In this document: piece after piece, positions 59,913 to 64,000 of the stretch
Layout: each line of letters begins with the position of its first letter
Position numbering within the stretch: the first letter of the stretch is position 1
Assembly (NCBI GenBank): GCA_001643675.2
Contig: LSRY02000018.1
Coordinates: 992,001 to 1,056,000 of the forward strand
Direction of reading: 5' to 3'
Length of the DNA stretch: 64,000 bases
Source of the DNA: Monocercomonoides exilis PA203
Lineage: Eukaryota > Protista > Preaxostyla
Position numbers and translations under genes: made by a program
Notes under the pieces: generated by a model
What the model saw: only the letters and a program-made list of their open reading frames with translations
What the model was told of the DNA's origin: nothing
Database searches by the model: none

Positions 59913-62900
59913 TCACACATCATCCGCATCAATCGAAGGCGGTGACATAGGCGTCTCCGACGAGTTCTGTTCTGTTCTTTCTGGCTGCTCTGCTTCTGCT
60001 TCATCTGCGTCTGCTCCAACTCTTGACTCTGCATCAACACCCACTTCCATTGGAATATTTGACATGCCCGGCAGATTTGACATGTTGGGAACATTTGACA
60101 TGTTTGACATGTCTTGTGCATTTCCGGACTCAAAATTGGGGAGAGCAGAGGAAGAAGGCGAATGAGAAGGCAAAGAAGGAGAAGAGGAAGGCGAAGAAGG
60201 AGAATGAGAAGGAGATTGTGTGGGTGTGGGCGTCTGAACAGAGCTGAGCTGGTATGTCTGCGGCGCTGCTGTTTGCAACTGGGATTTTGGGTGTGTCATT
60301 GTGTTGTCAGCAAAGGAAGAAGGAACAGATGAATATTCATTGAAGGAAGATCCAGAATTGAAACCAGGGTTAGAGTTAGAGTTAGAATTCGGATTAGAGT
60401 AAGAATTAGCATTTGAGGAAGAATTCGTCATTGTGTTAGCATTGGCAGTGGAAGACGAGGACAATCGAGAGGGCAGTCTGGGTGTAGATGCAGAAGGTCC
60501 CAATGTGACCGTGCGGGAGGCGCTGCGGAATGTTGGGGAATGAATGAATGAATGAGTGGGAGATGGAGAAGGCGTGGCAGAGAGAGAGACGAGAGAAGGG
60601 GAAGGTACGGTGTCGTTGAGGATGGCAGCAGCTGTGTTGAGTGTGGAGGCGATGGAAGGAGAAGGAGAAGGAGAGGCAGAGACAGAAGTGGAAGAGGAGG
60701 AAGAGGAAGAGGAAGAGGAAGAAGAGGAAGAAGTAGAGGAAGGATGATATGAATGAAATGAAGCGATTGGTGAGACGATGTTCGGTGTTGACTGGAGTGG
60801 CGTGAATTGTGTTGAATGCGCAGGCGTAGAATACAACTGGGACTGCACTGCTGGCATTCTGGGTGAAGAGGAAGGAGAATGCTGGACTTGCTTTGAAGAA
60901 GGAGAGGAAGAAGGAGAAGAGGAGGGAGAAGGAGAAGGAGAAGGAGAAGGAGAAGGAGAAGGAGAAGGAGAAGGAGAAGGAGAGGAAGAGGAAGAGGAAG
61001 AGGAAGAGGAAGAGGAAGAGGAAGAGGAAGAGGAAGAGGAAGAGGAAGAGGAAGAGGAAGAGGAGGAGGAGGAGGAAGAAGAAGAAGAAGAAGAAGAAGA
61101 AGAAGAAGAAGAAGAAGAAGAAGAAGGATATGTAATATGATTGATTGAAGGAGCATCAGAGATGTTTGCTAAAGAAGCAGCAGTTTGTGTCTGAGGAATG
61201 GGGTTGAGGATACGGTTGGCTCTGGGTGACTGGGAAGGAGAAGCAATAGCTGTGCTTGGAGAAGAAGATGGAGAAGAAGAAGAAGAAGATGATGTTGTTG
61301 GATTAAAATCAACCTTTCCAGCAGCTGTTATTGATGACTGCAGTGTCTGTGAAGCTAAAGAAGAGATTCCTTTGTCCTTCTCCGTTTGACCAAGTGCTGA
61401 TGATTCATTGGCTGCATCTGAATTAGAAGCTCTGGGTGAAAACGTCTTCTCCATCGGATTCACTCTGGTTGAAGAAGACGAAGAGGAAGAAGAGGAAGAA
61501 GAAGATGATGATGAGGAAGAAGGAATTTTTGGTGTGTTTGTGGTAATTTTGTTGGAAGAAGAAGAAGAAGATTCATTCAACTGACCTCCAAAGGCAGCAC
61601 TTGCATTGTTTGCATCAGTCCCTGTCTGTCCAGCTAATCTTTTCTCTTTCTCTTTCTCTTTCTCTTTCTCTTTCTCTGCATTCATCTCGTTCTGCCTGTG
61701 TGTTCTTGTCTGATTGTGACCCTTTGGCTGAAACGGCGGGATTTCCAGGTTGAGCGGAGACCTCGTTCTGATCTGTGTCTGTGGCTGTGTCTGTGTCTGT
61801 ATTTGTGAAGGTGATTGTGCTTGTGACTGAGATTGTGATTGAGATTGAAAAGGTGATTGTGTTTGTGTCTGAGAAAGCGGAGTGAACGCAGACGGCTCCT
61901 GGAAGATGCGGTTGGCCGATGTACGAAACGCAGCAGCGGAAGGCGCATCAAACCTGCGCGGATGCAACGCACTTGCTGGTGGAGACGGGGCAGCAATGGG
62001 CTGGCTGTGAGGGAATGGCTGAAGGGTGTTTACTTCATTTCTGTGGTGCTGTGACTGGGACGGCTGGATGAAGTTTGAGGGCAGTTGCTGATTGGATGAA
62101 GATGCTGCTGCTATTGCTGCTACCCCTGTGCTTTCAACTGCGCTTGAGGAAGAAGCAATCTCTGCCCCTGCAAACGGCTTCTCCTTCGCCTGACTCGATC
62201 GGTTATATGCCTCTCTTTGCTGCTGGCTCTGTGTGTTTGCAGCAGCAGGAGAATTAACAGCAGAAGTCGCAGAAGCAGCAGCATTAGCTGTATTTGGAGG
62301 ATATCGCTGCATGGGAATGAACGGAGGAGGTTCATAACGAGCGTTGTGCACAAACAGAGGCGCCTTTGCCGCGCCATCTGCGCCAACACTGTCAGCAAAG
62401 CCGCGAATCGTCTGCTTGTTGTCTCTGCCTCTGAACGGTGGAATGATCATCTTCGACATATCCACGCCATACTTCTGCGCACGCTGTGTGCCGAACGTGG
62501 TGGAAGAAAGCGACGCCACGGGCATCCCACCCACATTCATCGGCTTCTGCTGCTGGAACATCTGCTGCTGCTGAGGTTGAGGTTGAGTTTGTGGTGGTGG
62601 TTGTTGCAATTGCTGTTGTGGTTGTATCTGCTGTGTCTGTTGCGACTTCTGTCCTGTCATTTCAGGGTGCTGCTCGTGAAGTGCAAAGCCATAGCCCATT
62701 TGGCCGTTCGGAGGATAGCCAGCCTGCTGCTGTCTGAACATCGGCTCTCTTCCTTGTGGCTGAGTCTGTGCCTGTCCTTGTCCTTGAAATGTGTTGTATC
62801 CTCCTCCTCCTCCTCCTCCTCCAACACTCTCCATCCCTCCACCTCTGGCTGCAATGCCTCCTTTTCTATCACCTACACCTTCTATTCTCCTTCCCTGCTC

Positions 62901-64000
62901 TCCCATTCCTCCTCCTCTTTCGCCATTGGCAGCAGCATTCGCATTAGCCATTTCCTGTTTCTTCAGCATCGCCTGCCTTTGTGCTCGTCGTGCCTGCATC
63001 TCCTCAAACGTGGGAACTTCAGGAATTTGGAACTTCTTTCTCGCTGCCAACATTCCCCCCATCTTTGCCTTTCCAGCCATTGGAGCTTCTCTTTCTCCTC
63101 TCTGCATAGCAGCACCTGCCCCATCTCCTTCTCTTTTGTCGTCGTATCCGTTTTTCTCTCCGACGCCCCCACCGCCATTGCCTTCTCTGTTGGACAATTC
63201 ATTTGACACAGCTGGCCCTCTCATCTGTGCATATGCCGAATTCTGCTGCTGCATCCGAGGCGCCTCTCTCCCGAACTGTGCAGAAGACGCAAACGATGCC
63301 ATGTTTCCGTAGTTCTGCTGCCCGCTCCCTTTCATCGGCTGCACTGTTGTCATCCCGCCGGCAAAGTTGGGCATCCCAATAATCCTCCCTTTTGAATCTG
63401 TGTTCATCTTCTTCAGCTGCAGCGGCATCGATGGATCTCCTCCTTTTCGCTCTTTTCTCGCAAATTCTTCCTCTGCATAGCCATCACCTGCCGTCTGCAT
63501 ATTCTCCCCTTCCTTTCTAATTCCTCCTGCCATTCCCACTTTGCTGTCATATCCTTTGCCTCGTGCTGGGTTTAGCATGTCTGTCGATGTCGCATTCGCA
63601 ATCAACGGTGCTACTGACATCATCTGATTGTACCTTCCTCTTCTTTCTCCTCCTCCAATTCCTCCTCCACCACCACCGCCAACATTACTGCCAACCGCTG
63701 AAGAAGCCACTCCGCTCTTCTCCATCTCTCTCTCCTGCTGCTTCGCCCTCATCTTCTGCTGCTCTGCCTCTCTCTGCTTCCTCTCCCTGGACTCCGCCGA
63801 TGACAGAACTGAACCCGTTCCGTGTGTGTTCACAGAAGAATGCGATGCCAAAGCCGACCTCTGAACGCTGCTTCCCCGCGGAGAAGGAGAATGTGGCTGC
63901 ACCAGCGAAGAAGAAGAAGAAGAAGCCTCTGTATTTCTGTCTGACTGCACTTTTGTGTTGTTCTGTGCACCGCTCATCGTTCTTTCATTGCGCTGAAGAT
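59913..64000 (-). CDS. Low-complexity Ser/Gln/Pro-rich protein; 5' end probably outside the window
   Basis: 1354-aa ORF whose frame stays open to the window edge; no recognisable domain. Confidence 0.7.
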   Translation of the reverse strand, partial: LQRNERTMSGAQNNTKVQSDRNTEASSSSSSLVQPHSPSPRGSSVQRSALASHSSVNTHGTGSVLSSAESRERKQREAEQQKMRAKQQEREMEKSGVASSAVGSNVGGGGGGGIGGGERRGRYNQMMSVAPLIANATSTDMLNPARGKGYDSKVGMAGGIRKEGENMQTAGDGYAEEEFARKERKGGDPSMPLQLKKMNTDSKGRIIGMPNFAGGMTTVQPMKGSGQQNYGNMASFASSAQFGREAPRMQQQNSAYAQMRGPAVSNELSNREGNGGGGVGEKNGYDDKREGDGAGAAMQRGEREAPMAGKAKMGGMLAARKKFQIPEVPTFEEMQARRAQRQAMLKKQEMANANAAANGERGGGMGEQGRRIEGVGDRKGGIAARGGGMESVGGGGGGGGYNTFQGQGQAQTQPQGREPMFRQQQAGYPPNGQMGYGFALHEQHPEMTGQKSQQTQQIQPQQQLQQPPPQTQPQPQQQQMFQQQKPMNVGGMPVASLSSTTFGTQRAQKYGVDMSKMIIPPFRGRDNKQTIRGFADSVGADGAAKAPLFVHNARYEPPPFIPMQRYPPNTANAAASATSAVNSPAAANTQSQQQREAYNRSSQAKEKPFAGAEIASSSSAVESTGVAAIAAASSSNQQLPSNFIQPSQSQHHRNEVNTLQPFPHSQPIAAPSPPASALHPRRFDAPSAAAFRTSANRIFQEPSAFTPLSQTQTQSPFQSQSQSQSQAQSPSQIQTQTQPQTQIRTRSPLNLEIPPFQPKGHNQTRTHRQNEMNAEKEKEKEKEKEKRLAGQTGTDANNASAAFGGQLNESSSSSSNKITTNTPKIPSSSSSSSSSSSSSSSSSTRVNPMEKTFSPRASNSDAANESSALGQTEKDKGISSLASQTLQSSITAAGKVDFNPTTSSSSSSSPSSSPSTAIASPSQSPRANRILNPIPQTQTAASLANISDAPSINHITYPSSSSSSSSSSSSSSSSSSSSSSSSSSSSSSSSSSSSSSSSSSSSSSSSPSPSPSPSPSPSPSPSPSPSSSPSSSPSSKQVQHSPSSSPRMPAVQSQLYSTPAHSTQFTPLQSTPNIVSPIASFHSYHPSSTSSSSSSSSSSSSSSTSVSASPSPSPSIASTLNTAAAILNDTVPSPSLVSLSATPSPSPTHSFIHSPTFRSASRTVTLGPSASTPRLPSRLSSSSTANANTMTNSSSNANSYSNPNSNSNSNPGFNSGSSFNEYSSVPSSFADNTMTHPKSQLQTAAPQTYQLSSVQTPTPTQSPSHSPSSPSSSPSLPSHSPSSSALPNFESGNAQDMSNMSNVPNMSNLPGMSNIPMEVGVDAESRVGADADEAEAEQPERTEQNSSETPMSPPSIDADDV

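Noticed and set aside
34400-61130. Many antisense or alternative-frame poly-E, poly-L and poly-KR ORFs
   Set aside because: They are shadows of TCT/GAA-type microsatellites in genes and introns.

Overview
Eukaryotic, AT-rich, intron-containing DNA (short GT-AG introns, standard genetic code). The gene content and style suggest an oxymonad metamonad such as Monocercomonoides; this is inference from gene families only. Housekeeping genes: a bacterial-type YjbQ, an EEF1AKMT4/METTL13-like methyltransferase, class II fructose-bisphosphate aldolase, RAD51B-like, a Ser/Thr kinase with micro-exons, LSG1, an IGHMBP2-type AN1 zinc-finger protein and RAD1. A large spliced gene (42291-50889, minus strand) joins N-terminal LRRs to a C-terminal chromodomain-like exon that the ORF track reads in the wrong frame. 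Two transposon-rich zones (about 2.7-25.8 kb and 51-56.6 kb) contain a 2330-aa intronless surface receptor with a degenerate kinase C-lobe, a pseudogenised paralogue of it, a decayed DIRS-type tyrosine-recombinase retrotransposon with a recognisable terminus/ICR, three decayed Merlin/IS1595 transposase copies, and four families of 200-270 bp GG...CC MITEs with 4-bp AT-rich target-site duplications (TSDs), two of them confirmed against empty sites inside the window. No rRNA, tRNA or CRISPR array was recognised. All splice models and alignments were made by eye.
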